A stretch of DNA of 64,000 bases from Eledone cirrhosa (Eukaryota): positions 40,858,001 through 40,922,000 of the forward strand of contig OZ024754.1 in NCBI GenBank assembly GCA_964016885.1. Direction: 5' to 3'. A program made the translations under genes and the position numbers. The notes beneath the pieces were generated by a model. The model saw only the letters and a list, made by a program, of their open reading frames with translations, was not told where the DNA came from and did no database searches. Each line of letters begins with the position of its first letter. The first letter of the stretch is position 1. Shown here one piece after another: positions 24,812-39,450 of the stretch.

Positions 24812-25297
24812 CATATATATACACACATACATATATCTATATACATATATATATATATACACATACATATATATATATATACACATACATATATATATAT
24901 ATAATATATATATATGTTTATATATATATACATATATATATAATTGTTTCTACTTTAGGCACAAGGCCAGCAATTACCAGTGCATTACTGGTACTTTATT
25001 TTATCGACCCCGTAAGGATGAAAGGCAAAGTCAACCTCGGCGGGATTTGAACTCATATATATATATTTTTATATTTTTTCGGCTCTGTTGGATAACATTG
25101 AGCTATATCTTATACTGTCATTTCTCTAATACGGTGAATGTGTTTAACTTTAATGCACTCAAGTATTTTTATCTTATATATATATATATACATAATATAT
25201 ATATGTATGTGTGTATATATATATATATAATATATATATATAAGCATATATATATATATACATATATATAGACACACACATATACATGTATATATAA

Positions 25298-25330
<33 letters not shown>

Positions 25331-25368
25331 CATATATACATATATATAATATATATATACACATATAC

Positions 25369-25425
<57 letters not shown>

Positions 25426-27961
25426 CATATATATAATATATATATACACATATACATATATATATTATATATATATATATATAATATATATACACATATA
25501 TATATATATATATATACACAGACACATACATATATATATAGAGAGAGAGAACGAGAGATGTCCCGAGCTACAGACACTCCCGCCGTCAGAAATGCTAGCT
25601 AAAATATAAATAAGTGTATATTAAAAGGTTTTATATTTTTTAATTATTTTCGAGGTGGGGTCGGGTCTCGGTGGAAATTGAATGAAACTGGTATGTATCC
25701 TACCAACGAAACAATTTCGTGGGTACCCGGAATGAATCACCTGTGTTTGTATGATGAAAGGAAAGCAGTTACAGGTGCTAGCCACAGTCACCTTGCTGAG
25801 ACAGGGGACAAAGAGAGAGAGAGAAGAGGGGCGGAGAGAGTTATATGTAGGAGAAAGGCGATAGATAGAGAGAAAGGGCGGGGAAGCTTAAAAAGAGAAA
25901 GGTAAGAGTGTGAGTGATAGTGAGAAAGAAAGAAAGAAAGCAAGCAAGCATGTGTTAGAGAGATACCTTGTTATTAAACTAATTAAGTTAATGTCCATTG
26001 GATGGGACACAAAGTTTTTACCAAGGAAACGAAATATTGAAAGATTACCTATGAAAAACCAGCAAAATAATCAAGAAAACACGAAAAGTTACGGAAAGGT
26101 ACGATAATTAACATTGAGGGAAAAGATACACAAAAACAGGGCAAGAAAAGAAAAAAACAAAACAAAGATGTAGGAAGCTTTTCATAGGACTTCTCTGTTG
26201 CTTTTTTTAACTTTAGGCTTTCACGAACGTCGCTACCATCGAATTGCTACGACAACTTGCTTTATTGGTAGCTAATAACTTTACTACCTGAGTCGTTTGA
26301 AGTTTGTTCGTGTCTTTCTCCTCTCAGTCGAATACCGATAAAGGTTGGATAATTAATTAATTTAAAAACAAAAACATATCAAACTCCCAAATGAAGGTTT
26401 GACGTTCTAAATATTCTGAATTCGAGGTAAATATATATCTATCTATCTATATATATATATATATATTTGTAGATTTTATTTTATTTTCTGCTTTCACCTG
26501 TCTTAACAACCTGCCATCCCAACTGTTGCCGTTGATGTGACATGTTATGACCACGTATATATATGTCTTTGTTCCTTGTTAATATTCAGACCAGTTTTAC
26601 ACCACTTGTCTTGACCTTAAAAAATACAACATTAATGTCTATATAACTATTACTCCACACATATATATATATATATCTATCTATCTATATATATATACAC
26701 ACACTATTCTTATTTCTTCGATTGTCCTTTAACCATGAAATTAAATTTGTTAATGACCAACTTCCAACTGTCATAGTAGTTTTGTTTTATTTATTTATTT
26801 CTACCTAAAACGCCATTTTCTTCTCAGGTGTTTTCGAGAGATTTTAACATATTTAAGTTTTCCTGTTATTTTCCAATGTTTATTTTAAATCTTGCTTTTA
26901 AGTTTAACCAAACAATTATCTTCTGATATGTAAGCAGGTCACAATTTCTTTATATATATATATTATATATATATACATTTTCAATATATATAAACACCTA
27001 TTGAAAAACATTGAATTTTACATAAATTCACATTTCAGTTGTTGCTGCCTATTTTCTTTCACGATTTTCTTGAAATTTTAACTTATCTTCAATGTCATAT
27101 TCGCAATTTTCTGAAACTAGACAATAATTTGTCTAATTAAGCAATTAATAAGTATTTGATGGTTATTTATTTGACCAAAATCTCATTTATTCTACACCAA
27201 CCTCAACATTACTAAAACATATTTTTATTTCTTTTCAATGATTTTGTTAAAAAATATAAAACTATAAAATTATATTTAAATTAATATATATTATAATCAT
27301 TGAAAAATGTTGATACTTAACCTGAGCAGGTAGGACACATCGTGATGGCTTACATAACGAAAATAATGTCTTGATAATGAATATACATTTGCGTTATATG
27401 AAATATTCTTAATTATTCTGAGGTTATTTAGTTGCTTGTGGTTATAAGGTTTTATATTTAAATGATGAGGGGCTACCCTGTGATATATGGCTAACCAATA
27501 CTAGTTGGGTGTTCCTGAACTATTCACTACTTCAGGTGGGTCTGTACGTGGGTTGCTCCACTTGCTAGAAATTGCAGCCTAATTTCTCTCAAACTACACC
27601 ATACATTCACAAATAAAGGAGAATACATTGGACAATGTAAACCCCCTGATATATAATAAAAAAGACAAATGGAATGCCCCCCCCCCCCCCCGATCATTAA
27701 ATCTGTTAGATGAGGGCTGACCTGTAGCTTAACAGTAACCAACACTTCCATTATTACAACTGTTATATTATACTTGCTACATTTCTGTTATATTATACTT
27801 GTGGTGTGTGTGTGTATATATATATATATATACATACATACATACAGGTAATCAAAGTGTGTATACATATTGAGGGGACATCCTATATATATATATAAAT
27901 ATATATATATATGTATATACAGGTAATCAAAGTGTGTATACATTTGGGATGGGGGGAGCAT

Positions 27962-28004
<43 letters not shown>

Positions 28005-28008
<4 letters not shown>

Positions 28009-28200
28009 AGAGTCAGGACCCCGACGGCAGAGCTCCGGTCGTTTCGACAGCTAGAAGATCCGAACTGTTCGGATCTAGCTGTCGAAACGGTCGGAGCTCT
28101 GCCGTCGGGGTCCTGACTCTTTTCATATTACCCACTCCACTACTCTAAGTATTGAGTACTCTGGTGCGTTAAGGTCCACCTGGTATCTTACCACACTCTT
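28005..28200 (+). mobile_element. Family A fold-back element
   Basis: Apex about 28066 in gatccgaactgttcggatc; GAAAC 28084; GTC^GGGG 28104-28110; ACTC 28134 / GAGT 28154. Confidence 0.75.
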
Positions 28201-28204
28201 TTTG

Positions 28205-28314
<110 letters not shown>

Positions 28315-28328
28315 TATATATATATATA

Positions 28329-28515
28329 TTTTATAGAAGGAACTTCTACAGGACTAGTACTGTTTCATTCAGATGAAATCTTCAAGATTTCATCTGAATG
28401 AAACAGTACTAGTCCTGTAGAAGTTCCTTCTATAAAATATAAAAAAATTTTACTCTGCCATGTATTGAGTACCTTACTTACTGTGGTTATCCCCGACTCA
28501 ACCCGGGACCTACAT
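28329..28515 (+). mobile_element. Fold-back element with apex in the hammerhead core
   Basis: Palindrome 28329-28440; arm reads (T)TGAAGA-TTTCATCTGAAT-GAAAC-AGTACTA-GTC^CTG; tail ACTCTG...TTGAGTAC. Confidence 0.7.
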
Positions 28516-28517
28516 AA

Positions 28518-28576
<59 letters not shown>

Positions 28577-28908
28577 CAAACCAGTGGGAGAAGGTAGATA
28601 ATACATTATGTCAGATATATAGTGGAGGTATGTACGTTTTGATTATTTTATTAATTTGTATTTACTATTCCATCCGTAGTTTTTATGTGCTTTACAAGGG
28701 TAGAACTTTAACCCCAATTATCTGCCATAATTTATTACCAGTAATACACTGGGTAATTGCTGGCCTTGTGCCTAAAGTAGAAACAATAATTTATTATGTA
28801 ACTCCTCACATTGATATGATTTATAAAGAGCTCGGGCCCTCTTCCTTGAGCTCCCTTGATCATAGGGGATTTATTGAGTTTCGAACTCTATATTATAATT
28901 TTATATAT

Positions 28909-29028
28909 ATAGGAAAAGGTTCAGGACCCCGACGCCAGAGCTCAAGCCGTTTCGACGGCTATTTCTGAACCTTTTCCTATGACTCTGTTGCGTTATGGTC
29001 CACCGGGTTCCATACCATACTTCCTTCG

Positions 29029-29030
<2 letters not shown>
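28909..29030 (+). mobile_element. Family A element, internally deleted
   Basis: ataggaaaaggttcag / ctgaaccttttcctat arms plus gcgttatggtccaccgggttcc tail. Confidence 0.65.
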
Positions 29031-29080
<50 letters not shown>

Positions 29081-29147
29081 TGTCCCACCAAAATGTATAC
29101 ACACTTTGATTACTTGTACAGGCAATATTTATTAGAATGCTGTTGAA

Positions 29148-29187
<40 letters not shown>

Positions 29188-29267
29188 TTTACACACCTGA
29201 ACGTTGTATGTAAAATACCAGTTGATAATCTGAAATTTTTTTTTACACTAAACGAAAAACTAAAAAT

Positions 29268-30396
29268 TAACATCGCTCCAGAACACATTAGAACACCTTA
29301 ACATCGCTCCAGAACACCTTAGAACACCTTAACATCGCTCCAGAACACCTTAGAACACCTTAACATCGCTCCAGAACACCTTAGAACACCTTAACATCGC
29401 TCCAGAACACATTAGAACACCTTAACATCGCTCCAGAACACCTTAGAACACCTTAACATCGCTCCAGAACACCTTAGAACACCTTAACATCGCTCCAGAA
29501 CACCTTAGAACACCTTAACATCGCTCCAGAACACCTTAGAACACCTTAACATCGCTCCAGAACACCTTAGAACACCTTAACATCGCTCCAGAACACATTA
29601 GAACACCTTAACATCGCTCCAGAACACCTTAGAACACCTTAACATCGCTCCAGAACACATTAGAACACCTTAACATCGATCCAGAACACCTTAGAACACC
29701 TTAACATCGCTCCAGAACACCTTAGAACACCTTAACATCGCTCCAGAACACCTTAGAACACCTTAACATCGCTCCAGAACACCTTAGAACACCTTAACAT
29801 CGCTCCAGAACACCTTAGAACACCTTAACATCGCTCCAGAACACCTTAGAACACCTTAACATCGCTCCAGAACACATTAGAACACCTTAACATCGCTTTA
29901 GAACACATTAGAACACCTTAACATCGCTCCAGAACACCTTAGAACACCTTAACATCGCTCCAGAACACCTTAGAACACCTTAACATCGCTCCAGAACACC
30001 TTAGAACACCTTAACATCGCTCCAGAACACATTAGAACACCTTAACATCGCTCCAGAACACATTAGAACACCTTAACATCGCTCCAGAACACCTTAGAAC
30101 ACCTTAACATCGCTCCAGAACACCTTAGAACACCTTAACATCGCTCCAGAACACCTTAGAACACCTTAACATCGCTCCAGAACACCTTAGAACACCTTAA
30201 CATCGCTCCAGAACACCTTAGAACACCTTAACATCGCTCCAGAACACATTAGAACACCTTAACATCGCTCCAGAACACCTTAGAACACCTTAACATCGCT
30301 CCAGAACACCTTAGAACACCTTAACATCGCTCCAGAACACCTTAACATCGCTCCAGAACACCTTAGAACACCTTAACATCGCTTTAGAACACCTTA
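29268..30396. repeat. Minisatellite, 31-bp unit, about 36 copies
   Basis: taacatcgctccagaacaccttagaacacct, near-identical copies with no spacers. Confidence 0.97.
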
Positions 30397-31122
30397 AAAT
30401 AATTTCAGAAATACGTTTACCTCATAAAATTATTGATAATTATATTTTTAGAAGCGTTATTATTGTTAATTATATTTTTAGAAACGTTATTATTGATAAT
30501 TTTATTTTTAGGAACGTTAATTATTTTCTGATTAACCTGTAAATATGTTTGATCATGAAGAAAAAGAAAGAACATTTCTTAACCATGAAATGTCTGCTTA
30601 GCTCCCTTCACTTGCTTCTGTTTCATTTCAAACCCTAAATCTCCTATCATACCTTTAATAGTGTTTTATAATTTAGGGAGAAAGCCAGTGAATTTTGTGG
30701 GGAAGTACGAAGTTCATTAAATCAACCCCAGTACATGACTGGTACTTTATTTTATCAAATTCGGAACGATGAAAGGCAAAGTTTAACCCAGATTGTAAAA
30801 AAAGGTCTGAACAAAAATACCATATTGGTATTTTACCAGACACTCTCCGATTCTGCCACTTCACTGCCTTATCATACCTGTAGCCACTCCATCACCTTAT
30901 ACCTTATCATACCTGTAATATTGTCGTCAAAGCAACCAGCTATACCGTTTCTCCCTCTCAAACAATTGTTGAATTTTTAGGAATTCTTCAAACATTTGAG
31001 ACAATTTTATTGGTTTTCATGTCTTCCATTAGCTATCTCTTCGTTGTTCTCGTGGATTTAACAAAAAAATACGCCATTAATGGACATAGATTGATTTTTT
31101 TTCTCGATAAATAACAGAGGTG

Positions 31123-31160
<38 letters not shown>

Positions 31161-31379
31161 AAAAGCCGACCTTACCCAATTACACCTCTCAAAGACAATG
31201 ACACACGACCGTGACTTCTGGCGTCACGCAGTAATACAGAGTACCCGACCTCCCATAGGTACATGCTGAAGCATAAGCATATAGACAATATGCCCCCACA
31301 CCCCCCACCGCAAGGTGGTCGTGGAGGTGCCACAGCAAAAAAGCACCCAGCCCACACTGTAAAGTGGACGTGTAGGCGC

Positions 31380-31569
31380 CACGAAAAAGCACCCAGCACT
31401 CACTGTAAATGAGGTTGGTGTTAGGAAGGGCATCCAGCTGTAGAAATCAAGCCAAATCAGTTCCTGTATGAGCAAGGCATGGTCAGCCGACCAGACACTG
31501 CCCACAACAGGACAACCCGTCTAACCCATGCTAGCGTGGAAGAACGGACGTAAAACGGTGATGATGATG

Positions 31570-31570
<1 letters not shown>
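31380..31570 (+). mobile_element. RTE-related SINE 3' portion
   Basis: ggtgttaggaagggcatccagctgtagaaa...cgtctaacccatgctagcgtggaagaacggacgtaaaacg+(GAT)n. Confidence 0.6.
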
Positions 31571-31618
<48 letters not shown>

Positions 31619-33930
31619 GGAAGGGCGGATAAATGATTCAATAATGACAACTTCCTCTCACGGTCAAACAAGGGAGTTTGTATTTAGCTACTCTTTCTGA
31701 TAAAAACAGCAACTAAATCTTTTTCAAATCATCCCTTTTATTTATTTTTTATTTTTCAAATATAAAGGGCAAACACACTGGTTAATAATGCAGTCCTAGA
31801 CGGGATGGTCACGACTGGAATACCTCTAGTTATAGGTCTGTTCGATAAGTCTTGATCTGGGACTAAACAATTCAGCCCTGATCAGCTCAGTTTTTTTTCT
31901 TATCCCTATTTGCCATTGGTAAATATTTTTATGTAGAAAACAATGTGTAGAATTATTTGCAGAATGTTTTAGGATAAAATTCATTTTGGTATATGAAGAA
32001 TTGTTTAAAATGACGGGTGTATAACTGGTTGTTGTGGCCCCTAAACGCTCTACATAAACAAGGTACTTCTTATAGTAAAGAAACTGAAATGTTTACAGTT
32101 CACACCTATGCAGGTTTAGCTGGCTTCCTACGAGGTTGTACCCTATAGGAGGTTTCTTATATGTTCTAATGTTAGGAACCTCAGTCATATCATACACACA
32201 TATATTTTTTTTAACTCTCATCCATGCAGATCTGGCTGTATAGGAAAGTAGAGGAAAGGACTATAAATATCATAAATGAGAGGAAAAGGAGGGAAAAAGC
32301 AAAGACTCTTGGGCCACAGAAGAAAGGGAGAGGGTGATGGGCTCGGGCGGGGTGGTGTTTGTACTGCGCCCGGTAGACAAGTATATTAAATAAATGGCTG
32401 AACATAGTATATTCTCTTTTAAACATATTCAACTGAATCAGGTTCAGGTCTAAATTGTACAAACTATAGAATAGAAGAATTATGTAAAAGTAGAAGTAGT
32501 TGTTGTTTAGCTCTGTATCAATCCTGATTGAACAGATATAACCAGACATTCCAACCATGACCATCCATCTTGTTTCGTTTCGATATTAAAAAAAATAAAT
32601 ATTCAATATGTCTTATTTCAATAGACATGGTTGCAAATTTTCCATCGCATTTTCTGAGCAAGCCACTTTCATATTAACCCCTTTTGAGTTTTGTTGAATA
32701 AGAAACCCCGATTCTGTAATAATTGTTTCAAACAGGCACAAAACCAGTAATTTGAGGGGAAGGGCAAGTCTGTGAAACCAACCCTAGTACTTCTGTTAGT
32801 TTAGTTTATCGACCCCGGAAGGATAAAAGGCAAAGTTGACTTCAGTGGGATTTGAACTCAGAACGTAGAGGACCATAACTAACTAAATGCTGCAAATCAT
32901 TTTTGTCCGATGCTCTACCGACTCTGCCAATTGTGACATCAGTTAAGAGACACATGCCTACTGTCTGTCTACACACTACTAGGACACTTAGAAAGATCAT
33001 CAACCACTCATAGTTAAGGAGGGATGTCAATGTTAGCACTCTCAAGTACTTTACTAACATTCTTTAACGACTCCACACAAGGATGAAAGGCGAGATTTGA
33101 CCCTGGCGAGACTTGAACTCTGTATGTAAACATAGCCAGATCACATACCGTGGTGACATTTTAACCAATGCTCTACCAATTCTTCCAATCCACCACCCTA
33201 GGCTAGTCTCATATCAAATTGTATTCTTATACCAGGACTAAGCACTTAACACTTTAAGTGCGGATGTCACCACTGAGTGACTCTATCGAAAGTATGCCGA
33301 GAGACAGGAGTCGTCAATAAGTCCTAGCCCAGTGTTGGTGCAGCTCCCTTCTTCTCCCAGACGTCACATCTTGGGTGTTTTGATAGATTAAGAGAGGGTG
33401 CATCTAGAAGGTGTGTGTGTGTGTCTGTTCGAGACTGTATGGGCACCAAAAACATTTAACGAAAGCATGGTACATACGACTAAGTCATTCTCGATTGAGA
33501 GTGACGGCTGTAGTTTTGATGACGACCAGAAAGTCCCTCATAAGAGCCATTTAGATCGGTTTTCCGACTAAACTACGTAAGTCCCTGATCAGACCTGTCA
33601 ACTCTCCCCGCCCGACGGGGGAGATCTCCTACCCACTTTGGGGTGGGTAGGAGATGTCTTCTCTTGTGAAAATGGGTATAGCTTTCTCCCCGTTTTGTGG
33701 CCCTTTTTTTCACGGTAATCCCCGTGTGGGTCTGCATCATCGTTAACATGAATCCAACCATCCCTCCTCTATGGTAGAAATAGCAGCCAAACCTCTTCAA
33801 AGTCACACCACACAGCCATTATATATGAATCTGCTATTTCTACCATAGAGGTAACTCCCATCACTTTGACTCAACACATCGTTGTTTAGGGAGCGATGGT
33901 AAATAGACTGGAGCCTTTCAGGCAGCTTCC

Positions 33931-34066
<136 letters not shown>

Positions 34067-34559
34067 TCAGGCTTCTCGACAGGAAATTAACTGTGCACAT
34101 ATCCGGGGATCTGTATTTACATAGGAATTAAGTTGAGTAGGTCCTTTATCTAATCTTATTATTTGCTATCCTAGAAGTTTACTGTTGTCCACCATCATTA
34201 TTCTCGCCTGCTGTCCTTGCAAAACCTCTCTCCTGTTTGCCTAAAACTCCCTACCCCCTTTCTCTCACTTACTTAAATTGTGACCTCTTTAATATAATCA
34301 AAGATGAAATGTTAAACCCTGGTCACCAAATTTAGATGAAAACCTTAATACTGGCTCACGTTGGGCTCCTCTTTCCAGGCAAGGGCTAGATGAGACTGAT
34401 TGACCAAAAACTATGAGAGACTGGCTAGAAATAAAAAAAAAAAAAAAGGTCCAAGACCATCACACTGGTTGCAAGTCAACCTGATAATACAACACTAGAC
34501 AAGTTTAAAGCTTTATTAGCAACAGAGAAAAAACAAAACGTTAGCACATTAGCAACCCA

Positions 34560-35245
34560 AAACACCTGTATGGTAGGCCATTAGCAATAGAGAAACACAC
34601 CTCCACGGTAGGCCATTAGCAACAGAAAACACACCTGAATGGTAGGCCATTAGCAACAGAGAAACACACCTGAACGGTAGGCCATTAGCAACAGAGAAAC
34701 ACACTTCCACGGTAGGCCATTAGCAACAGAGAAACACACTTCCACGGTAGGCCATTAGCAACAGAGAAACACACCTGAGCGGTAGGCCATTAGCAACAGA
34801 GAAACACACTTCCACAGTAGGCCATGAGCAACAGAGAAACACACCTGAACGGTAGGCCATTAGCAACAGAGAAACACACCTGAACGGTAGGCCATTAGCA
34901 ACAGAAAACACACCTGAACGGTAGGCCATTAGCAACAGAGAAACACACCTGAACGGTAGGCCATTAGCAACAGAAAACACACCTGAACGGTAGGCCATTA
35001 GCAACAGAGAAACACACCTGAACGGTAGGCCATTAGCAACAGAGAAACACACCTGAACGGTAGGCCATTAGCAACAGAGAAACACACTTCCACGGTAGGC
35101 CATTAGCAACAGAGAAACACACTTCCACGGTAGGCCATTAGCAACAGAGAAACACACTTCCACGGTAGGCCATTAGCAACAGAGAAACACACCTGAACGG
35201 TAGGCCATTAGCAACAGAGAAACACACCTGAACGGTAGGCCATTG
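34560..35245. repeat. Minisatellite, 33-35-bp unit, about 19 copies
   Basis: ggtaggccattagcaacagagaaacacacctgaac. Confidence 0.95.
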
Positions 35246-35975
35246 CCACCTCATTAGCAAAAAAAATAAATAAAACAAACACATCAGCCCATTAGCAACA
35301 GAGAAACAAACCCCAACATTAGCCCATTCTATGTCTAAAGTCTGTCTGGAGCCCGGAGACACATCAAGCCGATGCTTATCCCGGTTTGACTGAAAGTACA
35401 AAACTTCCCCCTGGAGAGGACGCCAGTCCATCGCAGGGTTAATCACCCCACAACCACCATCAGCTACTGCTGCAGGTACTTATTTTCAGCTGAGTATACT
35501 GGAGCAACATAAAAGGAAGTGTTTTTTGCTCAAGACACAATATACAATCGAGTCAAGCAATTGAACTCACGGCACCCTTACCACTAAGCCATGCGCTTCT
35601 ACCAGCCCTATTAGCAACTGAAAACAAACCCCAACATTAGCACAAGAGACGAAGATAAGAACACAATTGTTGACAGGGTGGGGGAGATAATTGACCGATC
35701 GTACCAGTTAGTCCAAACGATATAGTAATGGAGTGACAACGATTGTTGGAACAAAATAAAGTCAGTTGATCCATGGGTCAAGAACGGATGAGTTTTAACT
35801 TGTGATTAACACCGTGTGTAACTCAAAGAAATATCATTGGTATATATATATATATATATATATATATTCTTTGGAGATACGAAATATTTATACATATAAG
35901 AAGCTCCAACCGTTCAGGTTGTCTTTTTTTTTCAGGGTATGTCAATATTTATTTATGAAACTAATCTGTATTGCA

Positions 35976-36037
35976 TTTTATCTGATGAAAGCGCACCATA
36001 ATTTGCCTTGGTGGCCCTTGAAATATGTATAATAAAA
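35976..36037 (+). ncRNA. Type-I hammerhead ribozyme motif (family C)
   Basis: TTTTAT-CTGATGA-AAGCGCACCA...TGGTGGCCCTT-GAA-ATATGTAT-A^ATAAAA. Confidence 0.8.
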
Positions 36038-36487
36038 AAAATATGGTTTTATAAATATAGTTTCCATTTGTTAATATATTGTATATAAATATATATATAT
36101 TTATTTAGTACCTAATATCTGACTCTGTATCTCAGGAATTAACTCAACGGAACACATAACTTCTCCAAGGATTTCACTGGATTACTCGCCATCGGATTCA
36201 TTGAGTTCTATCTACGGTACGGACCCTACCACCAGAGGTAGACTATACTGAAATAAATAAATATATATATATTATATTATCCTGAGTTGGTTTTCTCGTT
36301 GCTTTGGTCCTTGTGGCTGGCTCACCGGTCGCAGTCTTCAATTTGTCAAGCTTTCTAAACGTATGTTATTATTCTAAGGTGACACTACCTTATCGAGTGC
36401 TTAGTTGCACATTCCGGATTGCATTCGTTAGCATGGCCGCAACCAGAGCTTCGATTTTGCTGAACTTCCATTTGTATATATAATATA

Positions 36488-36539
<52 letters not shown>

Positions 36540-37831
36540 CCCTCTCTCTACACACGCATAGATGGTAGAGATCACGCTTACAAGAGGTATTAACAATATA
36601 GGGGTAAGTGTAGCGTGTGTGGTTGTTTCATATTGTGATGAGCTTGGCCATAGAGGAGGTGGGATGTATGCCAGGCAAGCAACACACACACATAGACACG
36701 CACGGACACATACACGCACAGACACGCACGGACACATACACACACAGACACGCACGGACACATACACACACAGACACGCACGGACACACATAGACGAGTG
36801 TGTGTGTGTGTGTGTGTGTGTGATGTGAAATTTTTTTCCAAATCAGCCGACAATCCTAAACTATTACTAACTAACCTTCTTAACCTCTCTCTGTCGTAGA
36901 TGTCTGCTCTCTCCTCATCACAAGCGCCATGTTATCTTTTGTCTTCCTTTTAAAATACTCATCGCCTCTTCTCTTATCAAAAGCACGAAAGAGTTACGTC
37001 TCTCTTATTGTTTGTTCTGGAAAGTGTCAGTTTTTTGGTTCTTGAAATCTGATATCTTGACCATTGTTTTATTGAGAATCCTATAGCGAGATAAGAAGGC
37101 GACGAATTGACAATGGTTAGGACATTAGATAGAATCCTTTGTGGTATTTGTTTTGGCTCTCTACTATTTGAGTTCGAATCCCGTTTATTCTTTCATCCTT
37201 TCCAAATGTAGTCTTTGAAGAGGTCCAATCCAGTACTGGGTCGATTCTTCTTCTATGCCTCTATATCACTCTCTTCTGTGTTCAGACCTGGAGAGGAATC
37301 ATGTTTTAAATGCCCAATAAACGCTGTATGTTACTACGGCGCCCCTAAGACGTCACCAGGAGGTACGAGTCATATATATACTGTATATATATATATACTG
37401 TATATATATACTGTATATATATATATATACTGTATATATATACTGTATATATATATATATACTGTATATATATATATATATACAGTATATATAGTAAGGT
37501 TGCTTGGATGCGTCCATAGGCGGTATGCCGGTTGAGCACTCTATGCTCCTTCGGGGCAGAGTATAATAATATAGAAAATAGACAAGAGGATTTGCTTCCA
37601 AGTCGCTAGACGTATCTGAGGAACTTGCGAATCCAGAGTCAGGTTCGATCCACAAATAGATCGTACCTCGAGCTGTTCGTCAGAAAAACAATTGTAATAC
37701 GTTAATAAATTGTTTCGATGCATCACTGATTCTTCGTTTTCCATATTATATATATAATATATGTAAAAGAACATGTCTACGTAAAAAAAAAAAAAAATGG
37801 CTGAAACAGGTAAAAGAGTAATATATATATA

Positions 37832-38022
37832 TAATAGGAGTAAGTAAGACCCCGACGGCTGAGCTCAAGCCGTTTCGACGGCTAATTCTCAGAATTAGCC
37901 GTCGAAACGGCTTGAGCTCAGCCGTCGGGGTCTTACTTACTCCTATTACCCACTCTACTACCCTAAGTATTGAGTACTTTGGTGCGTTATGGTCCACCTG
38001 GTTCCTTACCACTTTTCCCTCG
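37832..38022 (+). mobile_element. Family A fold-back element
   Basis: Near-perfect palindrome 37832-37948, apex 37890; GAAAC 37904; stem III ACGGCT...AGCCGT; C^GGGG at 37926; ACTC 37952 / GAGT 37972. Confidence 0.8.
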
Positions 38023-38067
<45 letters not shown>

Positions 38068-38151
38068 AAAGGTAAACAGAAATAACAACACAATCGGTAC
38101 AGTATATGGAAGGGATATATTAGGTTAACGCTTGATATAGCAGGAAGAGGG

Positions 38152-38187
38152 TCTTAACGTTTCGGACGCTAGTCCTTCATCAGAAGA
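38152..38187 (-). ncRNA. Minimal hammerhead ribozyme motif (family D)
   Basis: Minus: TCTT-CTGATGA-AGGAC TAGC GTCC-GAAACGT-T^AAGA; decayed homolog at 47516-47550. Confidence 0.8.
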
Positions 38188-39096
38188 AAGAATGCGAAAT
38201 AAGATAGATTGAGGGGACGGGTGAGTTGGAATAGGAAAAAAATGTCATAAGATAAAAATAGCAGGTCCATTTCATGTTGACATCTCTTGCAAACATGCTT
38301 CTAAAGAGGTTACATCCAAGCGAAACATTTTCACCAAAGATGTTTTGAGGAAATTCCCGAGGATTTCTGACCTTTAATTATACATTATAAGGTTGAAGAC
38401 TGTCCGATGGCTGGTGCCTATCCCGATTTTCGAGGTGTTAAGCGACTGAGAGTACAAGACTTCTCTCTGGACAGGACACAAGTCCATTGCTGTGTTAACC
38501 TCCAGCAATTAGTGGTACTCATTTTCTGCTGAGTATACTGGAGCCACGTGCTAAAAAAAACAATATAACTCACTGCACGGTCCAGGAATCTCGTCCACTA
38601 AGTCCAACACCCTAAAGAACACAACACAATACAACACACGGTCCAGGAATCCCGTTCACAACATTTAGTCCAGCACCCTAAACAAAAGGCTATAATTGAC
38701 CAAATAAACGTCACTCTTTAAACGAAAGCCAGTGTAAATCGCCCACAAATATTGACGTGTTTCAATTAGAAACGGGTCGTTTGGTACAGTGTGTGTGTGG
38801 TGTGTGTGGTGTGTGTGTGTGCTCTGTGTGGTGTGTGTGTGATGTGTGTGGTGTGTGTGTGTGCTCTGTGTGGTGTGTGTGTGATGTGTGTGTTTTGTGG
38901 TTGTGTGTGAATGTGAGAAAGGGTTTCATTTATTTCTTTTGGGTTTGCTTTATACGTTGTTTTATCTATTGAAGGGGTTCAGACAGGGGCAATGTTTGTA
39001 AAGAAAATGTTAGATGAAATGGTGTGGTTTGTGCTGTGTGTATGTATGAGTGTGTGCTTTGTGGTGTGTGTATGTGTGATGAGTTCTGTGTGTATG

Positions 39097-39152
<56 letters not shown>

Positions 39153-39399
39153 GGTTTCTGGACTAGATATGTGTGGACAGGTAGTGAGATATGAAGTGAA
39201 AGACGAGGCTGTAAATTAAAGGCGTGGTGGTGGCGGCGGTGGGTACAAGTTAGCACACAGAGTAGAATGGAGGGGGGTGACTGCATGATGATGATGATGG
39301 TGGTGGTGGTGGTGGTTGTGATGATGATGGTGGTGGCGATGATGGTGGTGGTGGTAGTAGTGGTGGCGGTGTTGGTGATGATGGTAGTAGTGGTGGTGG

Positions 39400-39411
39400 T
39401 GGTGGGGATGA

Positions 39412-39450
<39 letters not shown>

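Noticed and set aside
29268-30396. CRISPR-like appearance of 31-35-bp repeats (also 34560 and 61710)
   Set aside because: Contiguous tandem units with no unique spacers and no cas genes; eukaryotic context
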